This document shows, in pieces, positions 18,645 to 27,449 of a stretch of DNA of 64,000 nt. The notes beneath the pieces were generated by a model. The model saw only the letters and a program-made list of their open reading frames with translations, was not told where the DNA came from and made no database searches. The translations under genes were made by a program, and so were the position numbers. Numbering within the stretch: position 1 is the first letter of the stretch; every line of letters starts with the position of its first letter. This stretch comes from an uncultured Gammaproteobacteria bacterium (GTDB lineage: Bacteria; Pseudomonadota; Gammaproteobacteria; UBA9214), in assembly GCA_963773065.1 (NCBI GenBank), contig CAVYZN010000032.1:64001-128000 (forward strand), written 5' to 3'.

Positions 18645-18727
18645 CTCTCTGATCCGGCTTTATACTCGCCCGGGATGGGACCATACGTTGATGAGCTGAA
18701 CCAGAGTTGTCCGTTCATCGTTGTGCT

Positions 18728-18796
18728 GCCCAGCGTTCGACGCGATGCGTCCGCAACGGCTTGCCGTCGTGTGTCGCCTCGACGGAGGGTGCAGGC
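18728..18796 (-). other. Degenerate attC site
   Basis: Minus strand GCCTGCA-CCCTCCGTCGAGGCGAC..ACGGCAAGCCGT..GTCGAAC-GCTGGGC has attC architecture with mutated core boxes. Confidence 0.55.
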
Positions 18797-18815
18797 GTCA
18801 TAATCGATTCGGTTC

Positions 18816-19433
18816 TCACCGCACGACCCGGTACGTGATGTGAGTGACGAGCGGTGAGCTGCTGGCGCCCACTTGCTCCAGCCTGAAGCTGGCCGGATCG
18901 AGGTGATCCAGCAACCGAATGCCGGTGCCGAGCAGTACCGGAGCAATGTGCAGGGTGAATTCATCGATGAGGCCGGCTTCGATGAACTGCCGGATGGTTT
19001 CGGCGCCTCCCGAGACCCGCACATCCTTGCCGCCGGCGGCGGCTCGGGCCTGATCGAGGGCGCTCGCGATGCCGTCGGTGACGAAGAAGAAGGTCGTTCC
19101 GCCCTTCCTTGGCCAGGGTTCGCGCGCGGAGTGCGTGAGGACAAACACGGGTGCGCGGAACGGCGGGTTCTCGGGCCAGCCGACTTCTCCCTCGTCGAAC
19201 ATGCGACTGCCCATCACATACGCGCCCGCGCGCTCGAAAACCTCCCTGACAAGCGCATCATCGGGTGAAGTCTCCCCGCCCGACAAACCGATGCGTTCCA
19301 GAAAGCTCGCCGTCTGGAACATCCACTCGTGAATGCGGGTGCCCCCATCCCCCAGCGGGTTACCCGGACCCCGGTTTGTGCCGGCGAGATAACCGTCCAG
19401 CGAAACGCCAACGTCGAAGAAGACATTGCTCAT
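18816..19433 (-). CDS. Dihydrofolate reductase/RibD C-terminal family protein
   Basis: VSLDGYLAG, VMGSRMFD, GGKDVRVSGGA, IAPVLLGTGIRL. Confidence 0.88.
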   Translation of the reverse strand: MSNVFFDVGVSLDGYLAGTNRGPGNPLGDGGTRIHEWMFQTASFLERIGLSGGETSPDDALVREVFERAGAYVMGSRMFDEGEVGWPENPPFRAPVFVLTHSAREPWPRKGGTTFFFVTDGIASALDQARAAAGGKDVRVSGGAETIRQFIEAGLIDEFTLHIAPVLLGTGIRLLDHLDPASFRLEQVGASSSPLVTHITYRVVR

Positions 19434-19576
19434 GTTTTCGCTCCTGTTGATTGACGGAGTGCCGGCCTCTGTGCGTGACGCTTACCTCCGCTCTTGAGAC
19501 GCGGTAATAATAACCGGGTCAGAGTACAAATAAGGCTAATATTAGCGAATATTGTTCTATGAACCAGGTTTTTCTG

Positions 19577-19837
19577 CTATATGCCGCAACACTTTTTAAA
19601 CTTCCTTCCGCTTCCACAGGGGCAGGGGTCATTCCGCCCAATCGATTCTTCCACTCGATAGGGTTCGGATGGATTCAGCAGTCGCTAGACATTACTGATG
19701 TCTTCCGGTGCATCAGGTTCAATTCCGGCGATCACCTGCCAGCCATTTGCAGTGCAGATGGCCACGATTTCCTCGGCCCTTTCCTGGGTGGCGACTCTAA
19801 CCACGGCCGGATGTTTCCTTGTCCCGAGTTTCGCCAT
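19577..19837 (-). pseudogene. SEC-C motif protein with one in-frame TAG
   Basis: Manual translation MAKLGTRKHPAVVRV...EDISNV*RLLNP...[20 protein letters not shown]; internal stop at 19685-19687; absent from the ORF track. Confidence 0.8.
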
Positions 19838-19859
19838 GCTCTTGGTTCTCTGTCATTAC

Positions 19860-19919
19860 TGCCAATGACAGCGCTAAGCCGCGCCGCTTTTTGGCGGCGG
19901 CTTGAGCGTATAGTTGGGG
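19860..19919 (-). other. attC site with mutated R'
   Basis: CCCCAAC-TATAC-GCTCAAGCCGC..GCGGCTTAGC-GCTGTC-ATTGGCA; L''/L' pair with the typical extra base. Confidence 0.75.
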
Positions 19920-20152
19920 CACAGTTGCTGGTAAAGGAACTCCGGCGCGAAGTCCGCCCCGTTGGGCCAGACAATGGTTTCAAGTTCCTCATCCAGAAAC
20001 AACTCCGCGAATAGCGCCTTATCATTCAATGGCTGGAACATTTCACCCCACAGTTCGTCTTCAAGGTCGACTTCGCCTTCCACTCCATCTGCAAACCTTA
20101 ACCAGATACGGTAGTCACCTTGATACCTGGCTTCTCGCAATTTCGGCAACAT
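19874..20152 (-). CDS. DUF2442 protein (TA partner)
   Basis: YRIWLRFADG..VDL, TIVWPNGADFAPEFLY. Confidence 0.85.
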   Translation of the reverse strand: MLPKLREARYQGDYRIWLRFADGVEGEVDLEDELWGEMFQPLNDKALFAELFLDEELETIVWPNGADFAPEFLYQQLCPNYTLKPPPKSGAA

Positions 20153-20156
20153 GGCA

Positions 20157-20417
20157 TTACTCCAGCGGTTCAATTTTCTTCAAGGCTTTTCTGTCTCGGG
20201 CCAAATTCCAATCTTCGGTCAGCTCGGTTTTGTGATATTCGCGCCACTCTTGCACCAGACCCAAAACACGGGGAGGCAAACGGCCCTCGATTACCTCACC
20301 CGTATCTATCGCAATGACTGCTACAAAATCCCCATACTTCGCATGAAAGTGAGGAGGATTATAATCGTTGAAGTACATGGCGATAATGATGCCAAGGAAT
20401 CTACTGATTACCGGCAA
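20157..20417 (-). CDS. DUF4160 protein (TA partner)
   Basis: MPVISRFLGIIIAMYFNDYNPPHFHAKY. Confidence 0.9.
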   Translation of the reverse strand: MPVISRFLGIIIAMYFNDYNPPHFHAKYGDFVAVIAIDTGEVIEGRLPPRVLGLVQEWREYHKTELTEDWNLARDRKALKKIEPLE

Positions 20418-20432
20418 GATATCTCTCCATGT

Positions 20433-20513
20433 CTATACAGCCCTCATCGATTCAACATACGCGACTGGTTCAAGATGCTCGGCCTCCGCGGCAGGATGAA
20501 AGTAATAGCTCAT
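20433..20513 (-). pseudogene. Truncated RelE/ParE-type toxin, N-terminus only
   Basis: MSYYFHPAAEAEHLEPVAY then a stop; ATGA overlap with the upstream antitoxin. Confidence 0.65.
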
Positions 20514-20734
20514 CTAAGCAAGGCCTGTGCTTTCTTTCTGACCTCTTCCGCAGGGATGGGTTGCACAATGCCTTCGTCGAGTTCTCTGGCTCGACGGTGT
20601 GCTTCAATCAACCAATCTTCTTCTATTTCATCCATATTTTGCGCATCAAGACTCAATAGGAGTTTCTGTGTCAACTCTGCTCTTTCTTCCTCTGATAGAT
20701 GAAGAGCTTCATCTTCAATTTGCTTTAGGTTCAT
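20510..20734 (-). CDS. Addiction module antitoxin component (TIGR02574-like)
   Basis: EALHLSEEERAEL..LLLSLD..W..EAHRRAREL. Confidence 0.85.
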   Translation of the reverse strand: MNLKQIEDEALHLSEEERAELTQKLLLSLDAQNMDEIEEDWLIEAHRRARELDEGIVQPIPAEEVRKKAQALLR

Positions 20735-20757
20735 GTCTTTCTCCTGAATCAGTGATT

Positions 20758-20830
20758 GGGACAGAAATATTTTCCATGTGTTCGGAAAATAAATCTGTCA
20801 CCATTTCTGTCCTAAAATAAACCTGTCCCC
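20758..20830. repeat. Family A repeat (AAAATAAATCTGTCACC-type palindrome plus an extra arm)
   Basis: Arms at 20758-20775, 20784-20802 and 20814-20830; other copies at 16744, 18061-18103, 22516-22564 and 26712. Confidence 0.85.
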
Positions 20831-20864
20831 ATTTCATGTCACCGAACTCATGGCGCACTAGGCC

Positions 20865-21338
20865 TTACTTGTTCTGGCCCGCCTCGACGAATGCCGCGAG
20901 TTTGTCGAGTGCCATCCGCCAACCGGTTTCGTTGTCAGCGGTCGACAGGCCAGGCGGCAGGTTGTCGTGTACGGCGAGCACATCCGTGCCGCCGTCCGCC
21001 TCAGTGAGCGTGAACGTGACCATCATCTCGCCGCGCATCGCGGCATCGGCCGTCTCGAACTCCATCACTTCGACCACCTGCTCATTGGGTACGAGCTTGA
21101 CGAAGTGGCCGTGGTAGGTGTCGGTGTGCGCGGTCGTCTTGCCGGTCCCGGTCGGCTCGTCGTATGTGAGCGAGATTCTGAACAAACCACCTTCGCGAGC
21201 GTCAAACACATGCACGTGGCTGGTCATGCCAGTCGGCACCATCCATGTCGCGACCGCTCGCGCATCGAGAAGCGCGCCATAGACGTTTGCGCGAGGCGCG
21301 TTCACATGGCGACGGGTGCGCGTAGAGGTGGTGGCCAT
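20865..21338 (-). CDS. SRPBCC/AHSA1 domain protein
   Basis: APRANVYGALLD..W, FDAREGG, GWRMALDKLAA. Confidence 0.88.
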   Translation of the reverse strand: MATTSTRTRRHVNAPRANVYGALLDARAVATWMVPTGMTSHVHVFDAREGGLFRISLTYDEPTGTGKTTAHTDTYHGHFVKLVPNEQVVEVMEFETADAAMRGEMMVTFTLTEADGGTDVLAVHDNLPPGLSTADNETGWRMALDKLAAFVEAGQNK

Positions 21339-21367
21339 AAGTTGAATCCCCCACGGCGGATTGTGAC

Positions 21368-21443
21368 GCCTGACGCCGCGGTTCAGGCTCGACCCGGCCG
21401 AGCGAAGCGAGGCTGGGACGTCTCCTGGAACCGCTTGTTGGCC
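21368..21443 (-). other. attC site (R' GTCAGGC)
   Basis: GGCCAAC-AAGCG-GTTCCAG..CGCTTCGCTCG..CTGAAC-CGCGGC-GTCAGGC. Confidence 0.8.
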
Positions 21444-21453
21444 GACACACGGC

Positions 21454-21639
21454 TCATCTCAGGCTCCGGAACGCCCAAACGCAGAGGCTGCCGGTGACGG
21501 CCGCCGCTATCCATGATGCCCACACGGGCACCTCGAAACTTCCGACGTGCACGGGCAACTGACTGAGTGCGCGCCATGTTTGAGCTACGGCAACAAAACC
21601 GAAGATCAGGCCTGAAACCACAACATATTTGTTGGACAT
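21454..21639 (-). CDS. Small two-TM hypothetical cassette protein
   Basis: GGAGG RBS, 61 aa, followed by an attC. Confidence 0.7.
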   Translation of the reverse strand: MSNKYVVVSGLIFGFVAVAQTWRALSQLPVHVGSFEVPVWASWIAAAVTGSLCVWAFRSLR

Positions 21640-21677
21640 GACTGCCTCCGAATCGAGGAGCCATGATACTTGAAACC

Positions 21678-21731
21678 AATCGAGGGGTCAGAATACTTGA
21701 AAAACTGTTCAAATACTCTGACCCCTCGATT
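21678..21731. repeat. Family B repeat (GGGGTCAGAGTAC-type palindrome)
   Basis: AATCGAGGGGTCAGAATACTTGAA / TTCAAATACTCTGACCCCTCGATT; further arms at 19516-19532, 21651-21674 and 26318-26340. Confidence 0.85.
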
Positions 21732-21751
21732 ACGTCGTAGGCTCGATGGGC

Positions 21752-22186
21752 TTATTGGTACGTTTTACCGTCATGCATTAACCAGCCATCGATATGTCGA
21801 TTACCTGGGTCATGGTGTGTCCAGTGGATAACTCCACCTTTCGGATTCCACTCGTATTCACCATAGAACGCTACGGTATCCCCGGTGCTCAATCCGCTGA
21901 CCCTGGGCGCCAGATCGATGTTATGAGTCACCAACACTGTTTGCCCGGTATCGAGCCTTAGAATGAACCGTTGGTGCCTCGATCCATCAACATCATCAGC
22001 CAACAGCTTCGTGACAATGCCTTCTCCCTGTACCTGGAGATCGCTTTGTCTGTTGTCATAGGCATCCTGGAGAGTATTGTCAGCGCCCCGGGTCCATGAG
22101 GAAAGGCCGGGCAGGGAAATGCCTTGTTCCTGAACGAACCCGTAGGCCAATGCTGCAACGACAACCAGGACAAGAAGTTTTTTCAT
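21752..22186 (-). CDS. DUF3465 secreted protein
   Basis: Signal peptide; DDVDGSRHQRFIL, HNIDLAPR, GEYEWNPKGGVIHWTHHDP. Confidence 0.9.
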   Translation of the reverse strand: MKKLLVLVVVAALAYGFVQEQGISLPGLSSWTRGADNTLQDAYDNRQSDLQVQGEGIVTKLLADDVDGSRHQRFILRLDTGQTVLVTHNIDLAPRVSGLSTGDTVAFYGEYEWNPKGGVIHWTHHDPGNRHIDGWLMHDGKTYQ

Positions 22187-22195
22187 GTTTTTCCA

Positions 22196-22276
22196 ATGTA
22201 ACATGCAGGTTCAGAGACCGGCAGCCGGCAAGCGTAGCGTTGCTCCTTGACGGTTACTCGGGACCACAGGTCAGGC
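22196..22276 (-). other. Degenerate attC site
   Basis: GCCTGAC right after the stop codon ... CTGAAC-CTGCAT-GTTACAT. Confidence 0.6.
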
Positions 22277-22515
22277 TTAGTCGCCACACCACTGCGACTC
22301 GCAGGGAATGCCATCACCGTCACCATCAATTTCCACGCCGGGGCAGTTATCCAAATAAAACGTCGCCTCTTCGCAGGAGTTCATCTCATTGCAACGGGAC
22401 TTTCCCTGGCATTGAAACCCCGGAGTGCTGTTGCTCTGTGTCGCGGACTGGTCACTTCGGAGAAGTTCGACGTGACTCGTTTTCTGGGTGAATTGCTGCC
22501 ACCCATAGTAAGAGT
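22277..22515 (-). pseudogene. Excalibur Ca-binding domain protein, 5' truncated
   Basis: Manual translation YGWQQF...FQCQGKSRCNEMNSCEEATFYLDNCPGVEIDGDGDGIPCESQWCGD*; no start codon, the frame runs into a family A repeat. Confidence 0.8.
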
Positions 22516-23179
22516 AATTGGCACAAATTTATTTTCCAAGTGTTCGGAAAATAAATCTGTCACCTTTTCTCGTATGACATGAGCGGCAGCCCACGGTTTT
22601 CCGTGAGCTACCGGCGATAGGAGGTTAGACCTCTTCGGGGAGTGCGTACTGTGTGATATCAATCGTCTTCTCACCCTTCTTGCGACGCAGGGTGTATTTA
22701 TTTCCCTTGCGGTAGATGACTACATGCCAGTACGTGCGGTCATCTTTCGTCGTGGTCCACGATCCTTCAAGCCACGGCTCGAACTCGGTGAAAGGAATGA
22801 GGATGAGTCGCTTGCTACTGCCGCAACCGAAGGCGACATAGGCCTTCGGATGTGCACGTAAGAACTCCTGCTGGTGCGGATGAAATGCGAACCAATAGTT
22901 GGGATTGGTCTCGGGGTTGTGCTCCTTCGACACGGAACAGTTCAGTGCCATGTCCTTGTCCGGTGAAGAATACCCCGCGCGACTACGCTTTACGAGAGAA
23001 ACGCCGAGCGCGGCTTGTACCCGTTGCACGCAAGCTTCGTGGAAGGCCACCGGCTTGAACTTCGGCCCTTCTGGCCCAACGGGCGCGGCGGCGTCTTCTA
23101 CCTCCACTGACTCCTCATCCTGTTTGATCTCCTCTGCTGCCGAAAACAGTATGTCGGCGATTGCATCGAGACGAGTGAA

Positions 23180-24811
23180 CCTTACTGATGCATAAAACTC
23201 AGGCATGAAGGAAGAAATACGCTTGTATTATAGGGCCCACGACTCATTCGTCCCCTGATCCTGGGGTTCACTGATAGTGCATTCCAGAAGATGGTAAAAA
23301 TGACGATGAAAGTCCGCGTGTAACCATAAAAAAACGGTTTCCGAATTGGTAGAATGCGTTTGCCAAAACCATCCAACCAATCAAAAGGAAACCGTTCACG
23401 ATGAAGTGTAGCAGAGCCGAAATACACCGTAAAACCTACCGGCTTCCCGCGCTGAGTTTTGAAGACCAACAGCTCACCTCGTTCTCGGGACTCATTATTT
23501 TCCAGGCGCTGTTTGCTCGTCTGCAACTTAAGCGCCGGCTCAGCGGCTGTTTTGAGCATCTGCGCCTCACCCCGATCTTCGGCCATGGGGTGATGGTGTT
23601 GCTGCTGGTGGTGCATTTGCTGCTGGGCTACCGGGAACTGCGTGATATCCGCTACTACCAGGACGACCCGCTGGTGCGCCGAGTGCTGGGGCTTACCCGA
23701 TTGCCGGATGCCTCGACCCTGAGCCGGGCTCTCGCGAACACCGATCAGGCAAGTGCCGAGAAGCTGCGCCGGCTCTGCCGGTGCCTGGTCCTGGAGCGTC
23801 TGGCACGTCTGGAACTGCAGCGCATTACGGTAGACTTTGACGGCTCGGTGCTCTCCACCGGTCGCTTTGCCGAAGGGGCGGCGGTGGGCTTTAACCGCAA
23901 GAAGAAAGGCCAGCGCAGCTATTATCCGCTGTTCTGCACCCTGTCGCAGACCGGGCAGATCCTGGATGTATGGCATCGCCCGGGCAATGTGCATGATTCC
24001 AACGGTGCCCAGGCGTTCATCCTCGAGTGCATCCGGGCGATCCGCGCGGTGGCACCCCAGGCGCTCATCGAAACACGCATGGACAGCGCCTTCTTCAGCG
24101 ATGACATCGTCCGCTTGCTGGAGGCCCAAGGGGTGCAATACAGCATCAGCGTGCCCTTTGAGCGCTTCGCCAAACTCAAGCGCCTCATCGAGGCGCGCCG
24201 GCAGTGGTGGCGCCACAACGGGCGGATCGCCTATTTTGAGCGGCAGTGGAAACCCAGCACCTGGACACGGCGCGCCCGCTTTGTGTTCATTCGCCAGAGA
24301 AACAAGGTCCAATCCAAGGAACCGGTGCAGCTCGACCTCTTCGTCCCCTTCGCCTGGGGCTACGATTTCAAGGTCATCGTGACCAACAAGCGCGTGCGGG
24401 CCGGCAAGCTCCTCAGCTTCCATAACGGCCGGGGTTCGCAGGAAGGGGTGTTCGCGGAACTGAAAACCGACAGCCAGTTGGAGTATGTGCCTACGCGCAC
24501 GCTCGCGGGTAACCAGATCTATCTGCTCTCGGCGGTGTTGGCGCATAATCTCAGCCGCGAATTGCAGATGGAAACGACGGATAAACAGCGTGCAACCACC
24601 GCCAAGCGCACGCCGCTGTGGGCCTTTGAACGGCTGGATACCCTACGCCGCAAGCTCATTCAGCGTGCCGGCAGGCTCACTCGCCCACAAGGCAAGCTCA
24701 CCTTGACTCTGAGCGCCAATCCCTCGGTCAAAAACGCGCTGTTGCATTATCTGACCGAATTGGATAAGGCCGCATGAGTTCCAATTTCCGGTAAATTTAT
24801 GCAACGCTGGG
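23180..24811 (+). mobile_element. IS1380-family insertion sequence
   Basis: Duplicated GTGAA(C) at 23175 and 24812; imperfect ends sharing TGCATAAA. Confidence 0.85.
23401..24777 (+). CDS. IS1380-family DDE transposase
   Basis: LTSFSGL, ITVDFDGS, SYYPL, RPGNVHD, RMDSAFF, HNGRGSQEGVFAELK. Confidence 0.92.
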   Translation: MKCSRAEIHRKTYRLPALSFEDQQLTSFSGLIIFQALFARLQLKRRLSGCFEHLRLTPIFGHGVMVLLLVVHLLLGYRELRDIRYYQDDPLVRRVLGLTRLPDASTLSRALANTDQASAEKLRRLCRCLVLERLARLELQRITVDFDGSVLSTGRFAEGAAVGFNRKKKGQRSYYPLFCTLSQTGQILDVWHRPGNVHDSNGAQAFILECIRAIRAVAPQALIETRMDSAFFSDDIVRLLEAQGVQYSISVPFERFAKLKRLIEARRQWWRHNGRIAYFERQWKPSTWTRRARFVFIRQRNKVQSKEPVQLDLFVPFAWGYDFKVIVTNKRVRAGKLLSFHNGRGSQEGVFAELKTDSQLEYVPTRTLAGNQIYLLSAVLAHNLSRELQMETTDKQRATTAKRTPLWAFERLDTLRRKLIQRAGRLTRPQGKLTLTLSANPSVKNALLHYLTELDKAA

Positions 24812-25470
24812 GTGAACTCACGAGGAATCAGGATGCTATGGATGCGCTGAACAATAGCCGGGTCTTCGACCTCTTCCTTGATTGACATGAGCCGGAGCAG
24901 TGCATCCACTGAGATGAGGCGGATATCCCAGGCGTAGCGTGAGCCACGGATCTGCGCTTCAAGGTCGCCTGTGTCCTGCCGTCCGACAACGAACAGCATG
25001 GATGATTGGGCTTCCGTTATAACATTCGAGCCTACAAGGTCTCGGCGATAGCCTGCAATCGTGTTGAGATCGATGCGATACGCGTCCGTCGTCTTGACCT
25101 CGATGAGGATCGACTGATTGCTTGGAAAGAGCCACAGCCCATCAAAGCCCGTGTGTTTGACAGTCCCGCGGTAGCGTCCACGTGTGGCGGTAGCTCCGAG
25201 TCGGGCGCCGACTTCGTTGACGATGTCTTGAAGGACGAAACCAGAGTCCGGGAACCCGGACGACAGGCACTGTTCGCAGTACGCGACCAAGTTCGCAGAG
25301 GGAACACTTGCGAGGAAGTCTCGGAACTCCTTTGAGCACGTTCCGTCGTCGGTCAACTTTCCATCGCCTGCAATAGCAACGAGTTGCTGCACCTGCTTGC
25401 CTTGTAACTGCTCAGGTGATTTCTTCCAGAGATCAAGGAGTGACATGCGGTGCAGTCTACGTGTGTTGAG

Positions 25471-25495
25471 ATCTAACTCTATTAGAGGGCCTAAG
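25471..25495 (-). other. attI-like site
   Basis: Minus strand GCCCTCTAATAGAGTTAGAT matches attI1 GCCCTAAAACAAAGTT at 12/16 positions by eye; no attC hairpin upstream; AT-rich flank. Confidence 0.55.
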
Positions 25496-25659
25496 GATCG
25501 GGTTAGTCATATGATTCTCCTGTCTTTATTAAAATTAACTGGTCTTGAAATCAATTCGGTTGACTCCATATAGCATGGCCTAAAAGGAAAAACAAACTTA
25601 GCTCAAGGCTTTCCCTGAATGTCATTTCGGTTTCTACGTATATCATCGCCGTGAACCGG

Positions 25660-26000
25660 TCCATGCCGTGCACCAGCTCCCAACTCACGGCCGTCCGAAT
25701 AGTCGGCGGACTTCAGTTGTCAGTGTATTCCTGGATAACACCAGACAGGCATGGCAACGTTCGCCCTGCGTTGTTCCAGTGAAAATCATACGATGATCTT
25801 AATGCCATCGATTCACGACCCACCCAGTACGCTCCAAAGCCGCAAAACGCGTTTTGCCTTCGTACCTGGCCAATGTGTCACGCCGTGGCAAAGGAGATAT
25901 GAATCGGTTCAAGAGGATGTTCGCCGTGCTCGATACGTTCCGCGAGAACCCGGAGCGCGAGCGCCTCGGCTTGTGCAATGGCCGCTTCACGAGCGTAGCC
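25660..26000 (+). pseudogene. Decayed RAYT/IS200-like Y1 HUH transposase remnant
   Basis: Residual motifs in the expected order: ILMP, PWQRRY, EDVRRARYV, ENP (shifted frame), QWP; REP-like remnant at about 26165-26248. Confidence 0.45.
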
Positions 26001-26318
26001 GTACTTCATTACTCCTGGTAGCTCGGGAATTTCCGCGATCAACGACCATCTTCCTCACGGTCGATTTCCAGTGTGAACATCATAGTGTTTACCTCGGTTG
26101 TTTCCCCGCAATGATAGTAGGTAGCCGGGTTGAGCGACAGCCACAACATCGCCGGGAGCAATGTTGGACAGACGCAGGCTGGCCCGCAGGCGGAGTCCAT
26201 GGAGGGACTCCGCAAACCCGGGTTTCACTGCGTTCAACACAGGCTACCTCCTGCGTCCGGGTTCAGCCAAGTGACGATGAGAGGGTAACCTGGTCGGCGT
26301 CATCGACGGAATCAAGGA

Positions 26319-26612
26319 TCAAGGGCTCAGAGTACTTGAACCGCGCTTTTTGCCGCGTACGCTGGGACGCGATGTCAGGGGTTCTTTGAATTGCGAGGCG
26401 TAAAAATCAAGGAGTCTGCGGATCATGGCTTGATAGGAAGTGTGATTCTTTTTCGCTTCAGTCTTGAAAAACTCGATGCTTGCCTTGCTAAGCGATAGGG
26501 TTACCTTGACGTTCTCCTCTTTGAACACCAAGCTTTCCGGTGGAGGAAGAAAGTCTTCGATTACGCGCACCTTTCCAAGTGGCTCGTCTGAATACTTGAT
26601 TTTGCTCTTCAT
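26319..26612 (-). CDS. BrnA/CopG-like antitoxin
   Basis: KIKYSDEPLG..IEDFLPPPESL..VKVTLSL..YQAMIRRLLD; C-terminus runs through an attC remnant. Confidence 0.8.
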   Translation of the reverse strand: MKSKIKYSDEPLGKVRVIEDFLPPPESLVFKEENVKVTLSLSKASIEFFKTEAKKNHTSYQAMIRRLLDFYASQFKEPLTSRPSVRGKKRGSSTLSP

Positions 26613-26690
26613 GGATTCTCTCGACTTTTCGCCAATATCCTGCGCCAATAGGTCTGATGATTCCGTTGAGATAGGTGAACCGGTCCGTGG
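26585..26690 (-). pseudogene. BrnT-like toxin, 3' remnant only
   Basis: RFTYLNGIIRPIGAGYWRK..HEEQNQ; 5' part missing just inside the family A repeat at 26712. Confidence 0.65.
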
Positions 26691-26778
26691 GAATTGCGGG
26701 ACTAAACAGCAGAAAATAAATCTGTCACCTATCCCACCACGTTTCTATATGAAATACCGCGTCGACCAGGCGTAATGA

Positions 26779-27165
26779 TCACTCCGTGGCGTCGATCACC
26801 TTCACCCCATAGCGGCCCAACATTCCATCGCTGCTGACGATATCAAGTCCTTCCGCCTGCGCCTGGGCGATGAGCATCCGATCAAAGGGGTCGCGGTGAA
26901 TGGCTGGCAACTCACCCGCCCGCTCACCATGAAAAAAGGTAACCGGCAACTTCTCGAATCCCTCTGCGTCGATGACCCCATCCAGGTCGTCTGGCGCTTT
27001 CAGCTTACCGATGGACTTCTTGATACTGATCTCCCAGGCACTCGCGGCGCTGACATAGACTTCGTTGTTCTCGTTTTCTATGAGCTGTCTCGCATTCGGG
27101 CCCAGGCTCGGATCGTCGGCAAGCCACCACAGCAGGGCTTGGGTATCGAGCAGCAGGCGCTTCAT
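26779..27165 (-). CDS. vapC: VapC PIN toxin
   Basis: LLLDTQALLWW, VSAASAWEI, HRDPFDRMLIAQA. Confidence 0.92.
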   Translation of the reverse strand: MKRLLLDTQALLWWLADDPSLGPNARQLIENENNEVYVSAASAWEISIKKSIGKLKAPDDLDGVIDAEGFEKLPVTFFHGERAGELPAIHRDPFDRMLIAQAQAEGLDIVSSDGMLGRYGVKVIDATE

Positions 27166-27404
27166 TCCCGCCCCTCGAAGTCCGCCACAAGCTCGGCCGG
27201 CGTCTGGTCGAAATCTTCAGCCAGGGTGATCTGTCCCTTAAGACGTCCAGGTTTTCGCCTGGCGCGTCCCGCCCGATGGGGGAGGAGGTCCAGGTATGGC
27301 TTGCCTGCCTTGGCAATAACCACCTTTTCTCCCTTCCAGACCAATTCTCCCAGCTCCGAAAGCCGGGATTTTGCTTCATGCATATTAACTTGCTTGGTAC
27401 TCAC
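27162..27404 (-). CDS. Phd/YefM antitoxin
   Basis: QVNMHEAKSRLSEL..GEKVVIAKAGKP..RKPGRLKG. Confidence 0.9.
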   Translation of the reverse strand: MSTKQVNMHEAKSRLSELGELVWKGEKVVIAKAGKPYLDLLPHRAGRARRKPGRLKGQITLAEDFDQTPAELVADFEGRE

Positions 27405-27431
27405 GGCGAGTGCTCCTGTCAGTGCCAAATG

Positions 27432-27449
27432 TTAGCTAAGTTTAGCTAA
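27432..27449. promoter_or_regulatory. Putative TA operator
   Basis: Two tandem palindromes TTAGCTAA-GT-TTAGCTAA just upstream of the antitoxin. Confidence 0.6.

Larger units (their letters stand above)
22625..25446 (-). pseudogene. PD-(D/E)XK restriction-endonuclease-like cassette gene (about 394 aa) split by IS1380
   Basis: GFDGLW..ILIEVKTT; removing the IS rejoins IPREFT|RLDAIADIL in frame; bounded by GTTAGAT (25471-25477) and GTCTAAC (22624-22630). Confidence 0.8.

Noticed and set aside
19480-19505. attC R' remnant before the DHFR-like gene
   Set aside because: Too degenerate (GGTAAGC) to call, although it lies close to a family B repeat.
19685-19687. Pyrrolysine or other amber recoding in the SEC-C gene
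   Set aside because: TAG is used as a normal stop elsewhere in the window, no pyl genes are seen, and the gene sits in a decaying array.
25500-26300. Integron integrase remnant
   Set aside because: I recognised no tyrosine recombinase motifs (such as HxxRH); the residual motifs fit a Y1 HUH protein better.
16700-26750. Family A/B repeats as a CRISPR array
   Set aside because: Copies are separated by whole genes at irregular kb distances, and no cas genes are present.
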